Source: Candidatus Zixiibacteriota bacterium
Lineage (GTDB): Bacteria; RBG-13-66-14; B26-G2; WVWN01
Direction of reading: 5' to 3'
NCBI GenBank assembly: GCA_050117845.1
Contig: JASFLY010000003.1
Location: 24,851-88,850, forward strand
Length of the DNA stretch: 64,000 bases
Below are positions 9,970 through 19,191 of this stretch, piece after piece. A model generated the notes under the pieces. The model was not told the origin of the DNA and searched no databases. It saw only the letters and a list, made by a program, of their open reading frames with translations. Each line of letters opens with the position of its first letter. The first letter of the stretch is position 1. Both the position numbers and the translations under genes were made by a program.

Positions 9970-11207
9970 AACATATCGCATCGGGTCGCCGCGTAATCTC
10001 CCGGGCATTGTTGTGGGGAATATCTCTCGCCGTAACGGCGCCCGGCCTGGCGGCCCCGGCCGGCGCGGCCAACCGCGTCACCGGCATGACCGTCCGCAAC
10101 TACACCGACTACACCGCCGTCATCGTCAAACTCGAAAAGCCTGCTTTATTTAAAGTGAGTAAAACGAAGGACGGCCGCCTGGCCCTCATCATCGACGACT
10201 GCTCGGTATCGCCCTCGGCCGCCAAGTTGACCGAACCCGTGGGCGTCGTCGCGAAGGTCACCTCCGCCACTTCCGACAACCGGGCCTATATTTACGTAAC
10301 GCCGAGCAAAAGCGCCAAGAACTACGAGGGGAAATCCCTTAAAAACCCGCCGCAGATATTCTTTAAAATTTATAAAAAAGCCGGAACCACCAAGCCGACG
10401 ACGAAACCCGTAACCAAACCCGACGTCGAACCGGCGACGGAGAAACCGGTGGTCGCGGCCAAGGGCGAATTCCCCGTCTCGGCCCGCGAGATGGAAGCCG
10501 ACAAAACCCCCACGAAGATCGATACGATCTGCATCGACCCCGGCCACGGGGCCCACTTCTCCGGGGCGGAAGGCCCGACCGGCGTCCTCGAGAAGGACGT
10601 CAACCTCGAGATATCGCTCCGGCTGGCCCGGCTCCTGCGGGACAAATTGGGCGTACGCGTCGCGATGACCCGCATCGACGACAGCCACGTCTACATGCGC
10701 GACCGTACCGGCCTGGCCAACGCCATCAACGCCGACCTATTCATCGACGTCCACAACAACGCCGTCCTCAACTCCAAGGTGCGGGGGACGGAGACGTACT
10801 TCCTCTCCGAGTCCCGCAACGACTGGGAACGCGCCGCCACCATCGCCGAGAACCAGGACTACCTGGCCGAGAACCCCAACTTCAGCGCCGACCCGGGAAG
10901 CCTGAACTTCCTTTTGTCGATGCTCGCGCAGAACGAGTACCTGCAGGAATCGTCGGAGTTGGCCCACCTCGTCCAGGCGCGGATGCTGGCCAAGCTCGAA
11001 CTCCGCGACCGGGGCGTGAAGCAGGCGCCGTTCTTCGTCCTCGTGGGTTGCGAGATGCCCTCTATCCTGGTCGAGATAGCCTTCATCTCCAACGCGACCG
11101 AGGAGAAGCTTTTGACCGACCCGGCCTGGCAGCAAAAAGCCGCGGAAGCCATCTATGAGGGCATCAAGGCGTACAAGGACGCCTACGAGAAAAAGATGGC
11201 TAACTAA
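9957..11207 (+). CDS. N-acetylmuramoyl-L-alanine amidase (AmiC-like, N-terminal AMIN domain, Pro/Thr/Lys-rich linker, amidase_3 domain)
   Basis: Signal peptide; AMIN-like domain (VTGMTVRNYTDYTAVIVKLEKPALFKVSKTKDGRLALIIDDCSV); linker TTKPTTKPVTKPDVEP; catalytic domain ICIDPGHGAHFSGAEGPTGVLEKDVNLEISLRLARLL…DLFIDVHNNA…ETYFLS. Confidence 0.85.
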   Translation: MGTLKHIASGRRVISRALLWGISLAVTAPGLAAPAGAANRVTGMTVRNYTDYTAVIVKLEKPALFKVSKTKDGRLALIIDDCSVSPSAAKLTEPVGVVAKVTSATSDNRAYIYVTPSKSAKNYEGKSLKNPPQIFFKIYKKAGTTKPTTKPVTKPDVEPATEKPVVAAKGEFPVSAREMEADKTPTKIDTICIDPGHGAHFSGAEGPTGVLEKDVNLEISLRLARLLRDKLGVRVAMTRIDDSHVYMRDRTGLANAINADLFIDVHNNAVLNSKVRGTETYFLSESRNDWERAATIAENQDYLAENPNFSADPGSLNFLLSMLAQNEYLQESSELAHLVQARMLAKLELRDRGVKQAPFFVLVGCEMPSILVEIAFISNATEEKLLTDPAWQQKAAEAIYEGIKAYKDAYEKKMAN

Positions 11208-11228
11208 CGCCGCCGAACGGCAGTTTCT

Positions 11229-12293
11229 ATGACCGTACTCGAAATCGTACTCGCCGTCGTGGCCGTGGTCGCCCTGGCCGCCGCCGCGGCCATGTTCTTC
11301 TCCACCCGCGGCGCCCAGCGCCGGCTGGAGGACAACCTGGCCCGCGCCCGGGAACTGAACGCCACCGCGGCCGAAATGGCCGCGTTCCGCCAGGCCGTGG
11401 ACAACCGCCTCGACAGCGTATCGAGCCTCTTCGCCAACGCCTCGAACGCCATCAGCCAACAACTCGCCTCCGCCTCCGACACCGTATCGTCGGTGCATCA
11501 GGGCATCGGCGAAATCCGCGAGTCTTCCACCCGCGTCATCGAACTCAGCCAGAACATAAAGAAGCTGGAAGACATCCTTCGTCCCCCCAAGACGCGGGGC
11601 ATCGTCGGCGAGGTCCTTCTGGAAAACGTCCTCTCCCAGGTCCTGCCCGCCAAGCAGTTCCGGCGGCAGTACCCCCTGGGCGGGACTTTCGTCGACTTCG
11701 CCGTAATCATCGGAAACAAATTCGTCCCGGTCGACTCCAAGTTCCCGCTGGAGAGTTTCGAGCGCATGATTCGGGCCGACGAGGGCGAACGTGCCGGCCT
11801 GCGCCGCGACTTCGTCCGGGCGGTTAAAAACAAAATAGACGACATCGCCGCCAAATACATCCGTCCCGACCTCGGCACCTACGACTTCGCGCTGATGTAC
11901 CTGCCGTCCGAGAGCGTGTACTACGAGACGGCCGTGACCGACGGCGACCTCTTCGATTACGGCGCGGCGAAGAAAGTGTTCCCGGTTTCGCCAGCGACCA
12001 TTTACGTCTACCTGGCGACGGTGGCGATGGGCCTGCGGGGGATGGCGCTGGAAGGCCGGGCGGCCGCGGTGGCCGCCGAACTTAGCCGCCTGGGGGACGA
12101 ACTCGGCAAGTTCCAGGAGCTCTTCCGCGTCACCGGCAAGCACCTCCGCGACGCCGCGAACAAGTACGACGAGGCCGGCCGCGCCCTGGGCACCTTCCAG
12201 GACCGCCTCGCCGCCGCCGGCAAACTCGGCGAGGGCGAGGAGGACGGCGCTCCGGCGCCGCTCCCGGCCGACGAAACGGGCCTCTTCGATTAA
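11229..12293 (+). CDS. rmuC: DNA recombination protein RmuC
   Basis: N-terminal TM helix, coiled coil, and the conserved RmuC C-terminal region (…GEVLLENVLSQVLPAKQFRRQYPLGGTFVDFAV…VPVDSKFPLESFERM…FALMYLPSESVYYE…). Confidence 0.85.
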   Translation: MTVLEIVLAVVAVVALAAAAAMFFSTRGAQRRLEDNLARARELNATAAEMAAFRQAVDNRLDSVSSLFANASNAISQQLASASDTVSSVHQGIGEIRESSTRVIELSQNIKKLEDILRPPKTRGIVGEVLLENVLSQVLPAKQFRRQYPLGGTFVDFAVIIGNKFVPVDSKFPLESFERMIRADEGERAGLRRDFVRAVKNKIDDIAAKYIRPDLGTYDFALMYLPSESVYYETAVTDGDLFDYGAAKKVFPVSPATIYVYLATVAMGLRGMALEGRAAAVAAELSRLGDELGKFQELFRVTGKHLRDAANKYDEAGRALGTFQDRLAAAGKLGEGEEDGAPAPLPADETGLFD

Positions 12294-12299
12294 ACGTTT

Positions 12300-12932
12300 A
12301 TGGCAAAAAAGAGCCCCAACCGATTCTGGAAATGGACGGCCGCGGCGATAGTGGCCGCGGCGACGCTCGCGCTTATTTGGAGCGCTTATCGCTACCGGAA
12401 CGAGCTCCTGGCCGGCCTCGCGCCAGCAGGGGAGGAAGGCACGGCCGAAACCGCGGCGGCGACGGGAGAATCCGAAGCGGCCGACATCTACTTCGCGGAC
12501 GCCGAGTACACCGAACTCGTGGCCGAAAAGCGCGAGGTGGCGGCGACGGAGACGCCCGAGGAACGCGTCCGCCTGGTCGTCGCCGAGCTTATCGCCGGGC
12601 CCCGGTCGGCCGAGCTGTCCCCCACCCTTCCCTCGCAGGCCAAGCTAATATCGGTGTTCCTGCAAGACGGCGTCGCCATCCTGAACTTCGATAAAAACAT
12701 CCAGTCGGACAAGTTCGGCAGCACCGGCGAGCTGTTCGCCGTCAACTCCCTCTATGAAACGGTGACCGCGAACGTCGCCGGCGTGGACGGCATTCAGATA
12801 CGCATCGAGGGCCGGCGGGCGAATACCCTCACCGGCGACGGCGGCCACGTGGCCGCGGGCTTCCCGGTCTACGGCGAACTGGGCCGCTACGTATCCCCGC
12901 CGCCCACCTCCTCCCGGGAGTCCTCCGAATGA
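12300..12932 (+). CDS. GerMN domain-containing membrane-anchored protein
   Basis: N-terminal TM helix followed by a GerMN-like region (…RLVVAELIAGPRSAELSPTLPSQAKLISVFLQDGVAILNFDKNI…); 4-nt overlap with murI. Confidence 0.55.
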   Translation: MAKKSPNRFWKWTAAAIVAAATLALIWSAYRYRNELLAGLAPAGEEGTAETAAATGESEAADIYFADAEYTELVAEKREVAATETPEERVRLVVAELIAGPRSAELSPTLPSQAKLISVFLQDGVAILNFDKNIQSDKFGSTGELFAVNSLYETVTANVAGVDGIQIRIEGRRANTLTGDGGHVAAGFPVYGELGRYVSPPPTSSRESSE

Positions 12933-13750
12933 GCGCCTCCGCCCCCATCGCGATATTCGATTCCGGCGTCGGCGGCCTTACGGTCGCCCGCGAGATAAAC
13001 CGCGCCCTCGAAGGCGAGGAGCTAATTTATCTCGGCGACACCGCCCGCGTCCCCTACGGCTCCAAATCGCCCGCCACCGTACGGCGCTTCGCCGGCGAGT
13101 GCGTGGAGTTCCTACTTCACTTCCGGCCCAAGCTCGTCATCATCGCCTGCAACACGGCCTCCGCGACCGCGCTGGAATTCCTGGACAGGAACGTTGACGT
13201 GCCGATGCTCGGCGTAATCGAGCCCGGCGCGCGCGCCGCCGTGGGCGCGACCGACCTCCGTCGCGTCGGCGTCATCGGCACGCGGGCCACCGTGGCCAGC
13301 GGCGCCTATACCCGGGCCGTGGCCGCCCTCGACGACGCCGTCGAGGTCACGAGCCGGGCGTGCCCGCTCTTCGTCCCCCTCGTCGAGGAGGGTCGGCTGG
13401 GCGGCCCCGTCGTGCGGGAGATAGCCCGGGAGTACCTGGCGCCTCTGCTGGAGCGCGAGATAGACACGCTCATCCTCGGCTGCACCCACTACCCCGCGCT
13501 CAAGCCGGTCCTGGCCGAGGTCGCCGGCGCCGCCGTGACGCTGATAGACTCCGCGGAAACGATGGCCACGACCGTGCGCGAGGTACTCGCGGCCCGCGGC
13601 GAGGCCCGGCCCCGGGCCGAGACTCCGCCCGCGCCCCGCTTCTTCGTAACCGACATTATCGACGAATTCGAACGGGTGGGCGGGATAATCTGGCCCGACA
13701 TGTCGGGGAAGATAGAACGCGTGGAAATCGGGCGCGCGTCCCTGCATTGA
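12929..13750 (+). CDS. murI: Glutamate racemase MurI
   Basis: IAIFDSGVGGLTVAREI…LIYLGDTARVPYGSKS…IIACNTASATAL…LGCTHYP; both catalytic Cys motifs present. Confidence 0.9.
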   Translation: MSASAPIAIFDSGVGGLTVAREINRALEGEELIYLGDTARVPYGSKSPATVRRFAGECVEFLLHFRPKLVIIACNTASATALEFLDRNVDVPMLGVIEPGARAAVGATDLRRVGVIGTRATVASGAYTRAVAALDDAVEVTSRACPLFVPLVEEGRLGGPVVREIAREYLAPLLEREIDTLILGCTHYPALKPVLAEVAGAAVTLIDSAETMATTVREVLAARGEARPRAETPPAPRFFVTDIIDEFERVGGIIWPDMSGKIERVEIGRASLH

Positions 13751-13761
13751 GGCCCCATTTC

Positions 13762-15153
13762 ATGGACGCGAAACGGCCTAAGACGCTGTACTGGTTATGG
13801 GGACTCGGGGCATTCGGTATCGCGGTTACGGCGGCGGCCACGGTCCTCGACCCGCCGTCGCTTCGGCTCGAGATGGCGGCCCCGATAGCGGTATTCGCGG
13901 CCGCGGCGTTCCTCTCCGGGATTTACCAGGTCCGCCTTACCTCGGCCTCCGTATTCTCGCTGTGCGCGGCGGCTTTCGCCGGCGCCGTCCTGGCCTTCGG
14001 TCCCGTCATCGGCGCATGGCTGGCCGCCGGCGTCGACCTCCTGATAACGGTCGCGGACCAGCGGCGCATAAAGCGCGGCCTCGCGGCCCCGGCGCCCGCC
14101 GACATCGCCCCCGGCCGGGTCGTCATCAACACCGGCCTCAACGCGCTGATGTTCCTCGCCGGCGGTTACGCTTATCGGGCGGTGGCCGGAGAAATGCCCG
14201 TAAGCGAGATAACGCCTCTCACCGTGGCGGGCATCGTGGCCTTTCTGGCGGCCCGGATGGTCGTCATCCAGGTCTACCACGCGATAATCGGGGCGGTACG
14301 GGGGACGCTCTCCATTCGTTCCGCGCTCCGCGATATCCGTAGCACCTTGACCTTCGACGTGGCCCTGTACCCCGCGGCCCTCGTGCTGGCGCTGTTGTAC
14401 GCCCACGGGATGCTATGGGGGTTGGCCCTCGCCGGGACGTCGCTCGTCCTAGCGAGCGTTCTCCTCCAGCGTCAAACGCGCCTCGACCTCGTCGTGAAGC
14501 GATACGTATCGCCGGCCAAGTCGTCCGAAATTCTGGACAACCCGTACGAGTTCCTGCGCGCCGAGCGCCGTGATATCAGCATCGTCTTCGCCGACCTCCG
14601 CGGCACCACCGGCATAAGCCAGCGCCTCCCCGCTGCGGACATGCTCGCGCTCTTGAACGCGTTCCACCGGACGATGATAGACGAGGTCATCCGGGCCGGG
14701 GCGACCGTGGACAAGATTATGGGGGACGGCCTGATGATACTGGTGGGCGCGCCGATTAGGGAAGAGAACCACCCGGCGAAGGCGGTGGAACTGGGGATCG
14801 CGCTCCAGCGGGCGTACCGGGGAGTGCGGCGCGACCTCGAAGGCCGGGGCCTCCCGGCTCCGGGTATGGGCGTAGGCGTCGCGACCGGCGAGGTCGTAAT
14901 TGGGAACGTGGGGTCGGAGATGCGGCTGGACTACACGGCCATCGGGGCCGCGGTCAACGTTTCGTCCAAACTCTGCGCCGCCGCGGCCGATACTGAGATC
15001 TTGATTACCGGCGAGTGCCGCCGTCGGGTGGAAGAAGCCATGGCCGCCGGACGGGCGTCGTATTTGAAGGATATCGAATTTGAAGGACTGGCGCCGCTGG
15101 CCGTGGCCGGCCTGGCCGAACCCATAGAGGCCGTCCGGGCCGTGTACGCTTGA
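13762..15153 (+). CDS. Membrane-anchored class III adenylate/guanylate cyclase (N-terminal polytopic domain plus C-terminal CHD cyclase domain)
   Basis: The true start is the ATG at 13762 (MDAKRPKTLYWLWG…); the track ORF from 13360 is an upstream extension overlapping murI. About 6 predicted TM helices, then a cyclase domain (…ISIVFADLRGTTGISQRL…KIMGDGLMILVGAP…VGVATGEVVIGNVGS…). Confidence 0.8.
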   Translation: MDAKRPKTLYWLWGLGAFGIAVTAAATVLDPPSLRLEMAAPIAVFAAAAFLSGIYQVRLTSASVFSLCAAAFAGAVLAFGPVIGAWLAAGVDLLITVADQRRIKRGLAAPAPADIAPGRVVINTGLNALMFLAGGYAYRAVAGEMPVSEITPLTVAGIVAFLAARMVVIQVYHAIIGAVRGTLSIRSALRDIRSTLTFDVALYPAALVLALLYAHGMLWGLALAGTSLVLASVLLQRQTRLDLVVKRYVSPAKSSEILDNPYEFLRAERRDISIVFADLRGTTGISQRLPAADMLALLNAFHRTMIDEVIRAGATVDKIMGDGLMILVGAPIREENHPAKAVELGIALQRAYRGVRRDLEGRGLPAPGMGVGVATGEVVIGNVGSEMRLDYTAIGAAVNVSSKLCAAAADTEILITGECRRRVEEAMAAGRASYLKDIEFEGLAPLAVAGLAEPIEAVRAVYA

Positions 15154-15163
15154 TAGCGCGGAT

Positions 15164-15574
15164 TTATTCTATTACAAATTCGTGGCTGACGTCGCAAGCC
15201 TTAGAGAGCATGGCGTACGCGCCGCAATACTTCTCCACCGACAGGCGCACAGCCTCGGCTACGTCCTTCTCTTGCAGGTCCGTACCGCGGCAGTAGTATT
15301 TAACGCGAATACCGGTAAAAACGCGCGGGTGCTCCTCGGCCCTGTCGGCCTCGACCTCGACGCGAAAGTCCGTCAGGCCCGTCCGTTTTTTCGTAAGTAT
15401 TGACGCCACGTCCATGCCGGTGCAGCCGCCCAGGCCGATGAGAAAGAGCTCGAGCGGCCGCGACCCGGCCTCGAGGCCGCCCAGATTAACCGGCCCGTCC
15501 ATGGGCACCCAGTGGCCGGAATCAGCTTTACCGATGAAGGATAATCCCTGTACGCGATAAACTTCCGCTTTCAT
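15164..15574 (-). CDS. osmC: OsmC family peroxiredoxin
   Basis: 136 aa; …LELFLIGLGGCTGMDVASIL…YCRGTDLQEKDVAEAVRLSVEKYCGAYAML… with the two conserved Cys. Confidence 0.8.
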   Translation of the reverse strand: MKAEVYRVQGLSFIGKADSGHWVPMDGPVNLGGLEAGSRPLELFLIGLGGCTGMDVASILTKKRTGLTDFRVEVEADRAEEHPRVFTGIRVKYYCRGTDLQEKDVAEAVRLSVEKYCGAYAMLSKACDVSHEFVIE

Positions 15575-15620
15575 TCAAACCTCCTGCCGTCGCCGGCGTA
15601 AGTTACGGATAGGAGTAGTT

Positions 15621-16385
15621 ATGTCGAAAGAAAAAGCTCGGCCCGACGGCCGTCGCCCGGATCAACTCCGGCCTGTAAAAATCACCCGCGGGTATCTGAT
15701 GCACCCGGAAGGGTCCTGCCTCATCGAGGTCGGCGATACGAAGATAATCTGTACCGCCTCCGTCGAGGCCGGCGTCCCCAACTGGATGGACGGCGGCGGC
15801 CGGGGCTGGGTAACGGCCGAGTATTCTATGTTACCTCGGGCTACCCATTCAAGGTCTTTCCGCGAAGGCCGGACCGCTCGGCCGCCGGGGCGGACGATGG
15901 AGATCCAGCGGCTCGTGGGCCGCTGCCTCCGGGCGGTCACCGAACTTCCCGCGCTGGGCGACCGCCGCGTCACCATCGACTGCGACGTCATTCAAGCCGA
16001 CGGGGGCACGCGGACCGCCGCCATCACCGGCGGGTACGTCGCGCTGCACGACGCGCTCGCCAAGGTCGGCATTAAAACCGCCGAGGGAAACCTGCCGCTC
16101 CGCGATACCGTCGTCGGCGTTTCGGTGGGCATCGTGGCCGGCGAGCCGCGCCTAGACCTGCCCTACGCCGAGGACCGCGACGCCGCCGTCGACATGAACT
16201 GCGCATTCACCGGCGAGGGGCGCATCGTCGAGATTCAGGCATCCGCGGAGGAGCGGCCTTTCAGCGACGCCGAGTTCGAGAAGCTACTCGACCTGGCCCG
16301 CCAGGGGGCGGCGCTCCTTACGCGGCTCGTCAAACAACTCTTCGACCGGGACCTCCCCTCCATCAGGACCCACGACGGAACGTAA
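15621..16385 (+). CDS. rph: Ribonuclease PH
   Basis: …RPDQLRPVKITRGYLMHPEGSCLIEVGDTKIICTASVE…GWVTAEYSMLPRATHSR…GRTMEIQRLVGRCLRAV…DCDVIQADGGTRTAAITG…. Confidence 0.9.
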   Translation: MSKEKARPDGRRPDQLRPVKITRGYLMHPEGSCLIEVGDTKIICTASVEAGVPNWMDGGGRGWVTAEYSMLPRATHSRSFREGRTARPPGRTMEIQRLVGRCLRAVTELPALGDRRVTIDCDVIQADGGTRTAAITGGYVALHDALAKVGIKTAEGNLPLRDTVVGVSVGIVAGEPRLDLPYAEDRDAAVDMNCAFTGEGRIVEIQASAEERPFSDAEFEKLLDLARQGAALLTRLVKQLFDRDLPSIRTHDGT

Positions 16386-16398
16386 CGGCGGCCCGACG

Positions 16399-17469
16399 AT
16401 GCCCTACCCCTTTTCCTTCGAGGTTGAAGCCGAACGCGACGGCGCCCGCGCCGGCGTTTTAACCACTCCCCACGGCCGCATCCCCACGCCGGCGTTCATG
16501 CCGGTGGCCACGCAGGCCGCGGTCAAACTCCTCTCCCCGGACGAACTCATCGCGGCGGGTACGAGCATCCTCGTCGCCAATACCTACCACCTCCACCTCC
16601 GGCCGGGGGAGGACGTCGTCGCGGGCCACGGCGGCCTGCACGAGTTCATGGCCTGGCCCGGGGCCATCCTCACCGACAGCGGCGGCTTCCAGATCCACTC
16701 GCTGGCGTCGCGGCGGGAGCTGGACGACGACGGCGTTACGTTCCGCTCCCACGTCGACGGCCAACTGCTTCGCCTCACGCCCGAGATAGCGACCCGTATC
16801 CAGGAGGACCTGGGGGCCGACCTGATAATGGCGTTCGACTACTGTACCTCCTACCCCACGGGCCGGGAGGAAGCGGCCCGCGCGGTGGACCTCACGACGG
16901 CGTGGGCGGAGCGTTGTCTGCGAGCCCACGGCTCCCCCCACCAGCGTCTGCTGGGCATCGTGCAGGGGGCGGTATTCCGTGACCTGCGCGAACGGAGCGC
17001 CGCGGCGCTCGTCGACATGGGTTTCTTCGCGTACGCCATCGGCGGCCTCTCGGTCGGCGAGGACCCGGCCCAAACCGCGGAGTACGCCGCCTTCACTGCC
17101 TCCCTACTTCCGCGGCACAAACTCCGTTATCTGATGGGGGTGGGACGGCCGGAGGACATGACCCGGGCCGTCGCCGCCGGAATCGACCTCTTCGACTGCG
17201 TCGTGCCGACGAGGGAGGCCCGCCACGGCACGGCCATCACACCCGAAGGCCGGATGAACCTGCGGCGGGCGGAGTTCCGGGCGGACGAGAGGCCGGTGGA
17301 CGAGAATTGCTCGTGTTACACCTGCCGCCGTTTCTCGCGGGCGTACCTCCGCCACCTCCTCATGGCCGGGGAGCATTCGGCCGGCCGTCTGCTTTCCCTC
17401 CATAATATTTATTTCCTACAGCATACGCTGGCGTGCCTGCGCGCCCGCATTACCGGAGAAAACGTTTGA
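16399..17469 (+). CDS. tgt: Queuine tRNA-ribosyltransferase
   Basis: …GVLTTPHGRIPTPAFMPVATQAAVK…ILVANTYHLHLRPG…LTDSGGFQ…YAIGGLSVGE…Zn-site CSCYTCRRFSRAYLRHL. Confidence 0.9.
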   Translation: MPYPFSFEVEAERDGARAGVLTTPHGRIPTPAFMPVATQAAVKLLSPDELIAAGTSILVANTYHLHLRPGEDVVAGHGGLHEFMAWPGAILTDSGGFQIHSLASRRELDDDGVTFRSHVDGQLLRLTPEIATRIQEDLGADLIMAFDYCTSYPTGREEAARAVDLTTAWAERCLRAHGSPHQRLLGIVQGAVFRDLRERSAAALVDMGFFAYAIGGLSVGEDPAQTAEYAAFTASLLPRHKLRYLMGVGRPEDMTRAVAAGIDLFDCVVPTREARHGTAITPEGRMNLRRAEFRADERPVDENCSCYTCRRFSRAYLRHLLMAGEHSAGRLLSLHNIYFLQHTLACLRARITGENV

Positions 17470-17501
17470 CCCCGCCGCCGGGAACCTTTACAATATAGGC
17501 G

Positions 17502-18452
17502 ATGAAGCTTTTAATCGCGACACTAGTATTGTTGTTTATCGGCGCCGCGTACGCCGACGTTTGGATCGGCGTCGACGGGGGCCTCCGGCACTACTCGTAC
17601 GACGGCGAGTACATAAGGAGTTTCGACAGCTACCGCCGTCCCATCTCGCTGGTCCTCGACGCGGAGCGGAACCGCCTCTGGTTCCTGGACGCCTACGACT
17701 ACAAGCTGGTCTGCTTCGACGTGGAGGAGAAACGGGAACTACTGAGCGTCCCCAAGGTCGCCCACGCCCCGGCCATCGCCGCCGGCGACCTACGGATCTA
17801 CATGTTGGAGAAGCGGCCTTTCGAACCGTCCATCTCGGTCGATCCCAGCGACGGGTCGGTATGGATCGCGGATTTCTACGGCCACGAGGTGGCCCGGATC
17901 GACCTCGACGGCAACGAGATATTCCGGTCGGCCTCGTTCCACGAGCCGTTCTCCATCGCGACGCTGGGTGACTGCAACGCCTGGGTATCCGGCCGCATCC
18001 GAACCTTGACCCTTATAAGCCCGACCTGCGAAACGCTAAACAACCTCTCGGGCGTGAACGAAGCCCGCGCCCTGGCGTACGACGCGGCGCAGGATTTGGT
18101 GTGGGTAGCGGACTACCGCAACAACCGCGTCTTCGCGATAAACCGGGAAGGCCGGCTGAAAAAGAGAATCCCCGGCGTCGAACTGCCGGAGAAGCTGGCG
18201 GTGGACGAGGAACGAAGCACGGTGTGGGTCGCGACCAATTACAACGGTATAATAAAGATCTCGTCCGACAAGGAAGAGATAACCGCCACCATCCCCGAAC
18301 CCGATAGCGTCGTCGCGTTGGATATCGACTCGGAAGGCCGCCTGTGGGTGGCCTACGATAAAGCCGAAGAAGTAACCTGTTACTCGCCCGAGGCCGAAGA
18401 CGTCGTCACGATACGGCGCGTTAAAGGCGTGGTCGGCATCGCCGCCGAATAA
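17502..18452 (+). CDS. Secreted beta-propeller repeat protein (NHL/SMP-30-like), hypothetical
   Basis: Signal peptide, then repeated ~40-aa units with recurring patterns (…RLWFLDAYDYKLVCF…, …SVWIADFYGHEVARIDLDG…, …LVWVADYRNNRVFAINREG…, …TVWVATNYNGIIKI…, …RLWVAYDKAEEVTCY…). Confidence 0.5.
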   Translation: MKLLIATLVLLFIGAAYADVWIGVDGGLRHYSYDGEYIRSFDSYRRPISLVLDAERNRLWFLDAYDYKLVCFDVEEKRELLSVPKVAHAPAIAAGDLRIYMLEKRPFEPSISVDPSDGSVWIADFYGHEVARIDLDGNEIFRSASFHEPFSIATLGDCNAWVSGRIRTLTLISPTCETLNNLSGVNEARALAYDAAQDLVWVADYRNNRVFAINREGRLKKRIPGVELPEKLAVDEERSTVWVATNYNGIIKISSDKEEITATIPEPDSVVALDIDSEGRLWVAYDKAEEVTCYSPEAEDVVTIRRVKGVVGIAAE

Positions 18453-18490
18453 AAAACGGCCCGGGAGGAACGCCCCGGGCCGCTTTAACA
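18451..18490. terminator. Bidirectional rho-independent terminator between convergent genes
   Basis: aaaaaaCGGCCCGGGaggaacgCCCCGGGCCGcttta: GC stem flanked by an A-run on one side and a T-tract on the other. Confidence 0.5.
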
Positions 18491-18501
18491 GCCTGCCTAC
18501 G

Positions 18502-19179
18502 TTACCAACTCCACTCCAAGTGATATTGCTCGCCCGGTTTCATCCGGCCCACGTGCCACTCCAGCGTCGACCGGTCGGCCGCCAGCGCGAGTTCCGCCGG
18601 CCTCGCGTCCCGACCCTCCGACTTCACGTACGCCTTCGACGAATGCGGCAACCTCTCCGGCGGGAACTCCACGCGGAAGACGACGTCGTCCGTAGGGTAA
18701 TCCCCCACGAACATGAACGAGACGTCCTCGCCCGGGAAGGCGTCGTAAATGTTATAGGCCACGCGGCGCGACACCGCCTTCCCCGGCTCGAGCGGCGGTT
18801 TGAATACTACTTTAATAATGTAATACTTGCCTACGCTCATCCGTTCGCCGATTTCGCCCGGCGACACGTCGAAGTCGTCCAGCCGTCCCCGCGTAAAGAG
18901 ATTCCGGTCGCGTATGTCCGCCAGCGGCCGGTGCAGCGGGACCAACTCCTGGACCTTCTCGAAGTGGGCCACGTTTCCGGCCCCGTCGAGGATCTTCAGT
19001 CGCAACTCGGCGCTTTTAATCTTCAGGTAGCTACGCTGGAAGGTCAGCGCGGCCCAGATCACCGCGGCCACCATAAAGACGGCCAGCGCCACGCCGGGCC
19101 ATATCCAGCCCAATACGAAGCAGATTACGCTCGCCACGGCGAACGCGGCAACGAATATTAATTTGACCGGATTCTTCAC
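18502..19179 (-). CDS. Hypothetical membrane protein (two N-terminal TM helices)
   Basis: 225 aa; MKNPVKLIFVAAFAVASVICFVLGWIWPGVALAVFMVAAVIWAALTF… then a soluble domain; no family recognised. Confidence 0.45.
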   Translation of the reverse strand: MKNPVKLIFVAAFAVASVICFVLGWIWPGVALAVFMVAAVIWAALTFQRSYLKIKSAELRLKILDGAGNVAHFEKVQELVPLHRPLADIRDRNLFTRGRLDDFDVSPGEIGERMSVGKYYIIKVVFKPPLEPGKAVSRRVAYNIYDAFPGEDVSFMFVGDYPTDDVVFRVEFPPERLPHSSKAYVKSEGRDARPAELALAADRSTLEWHVGRMKPGEQYHLEWSW

Positions 19180-19191
19180 GTCACTCGCTCC

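Noticed and set aside
10737-12143. 468-aa minus-strand ORF antisense to amiC and rmuC
   Set aside because: No recognisable domains, His/Arg/Gly-rich. The + strand genes are well supported.
13360-13761. 5' extension of the adenylate cyclase ORF overlapping murI
   Set aside because: Arg/Gly-rich translation in an alternate frame of murI. A proper ATG (MDAKRPK…) at 13762 sits right after the murI stop.
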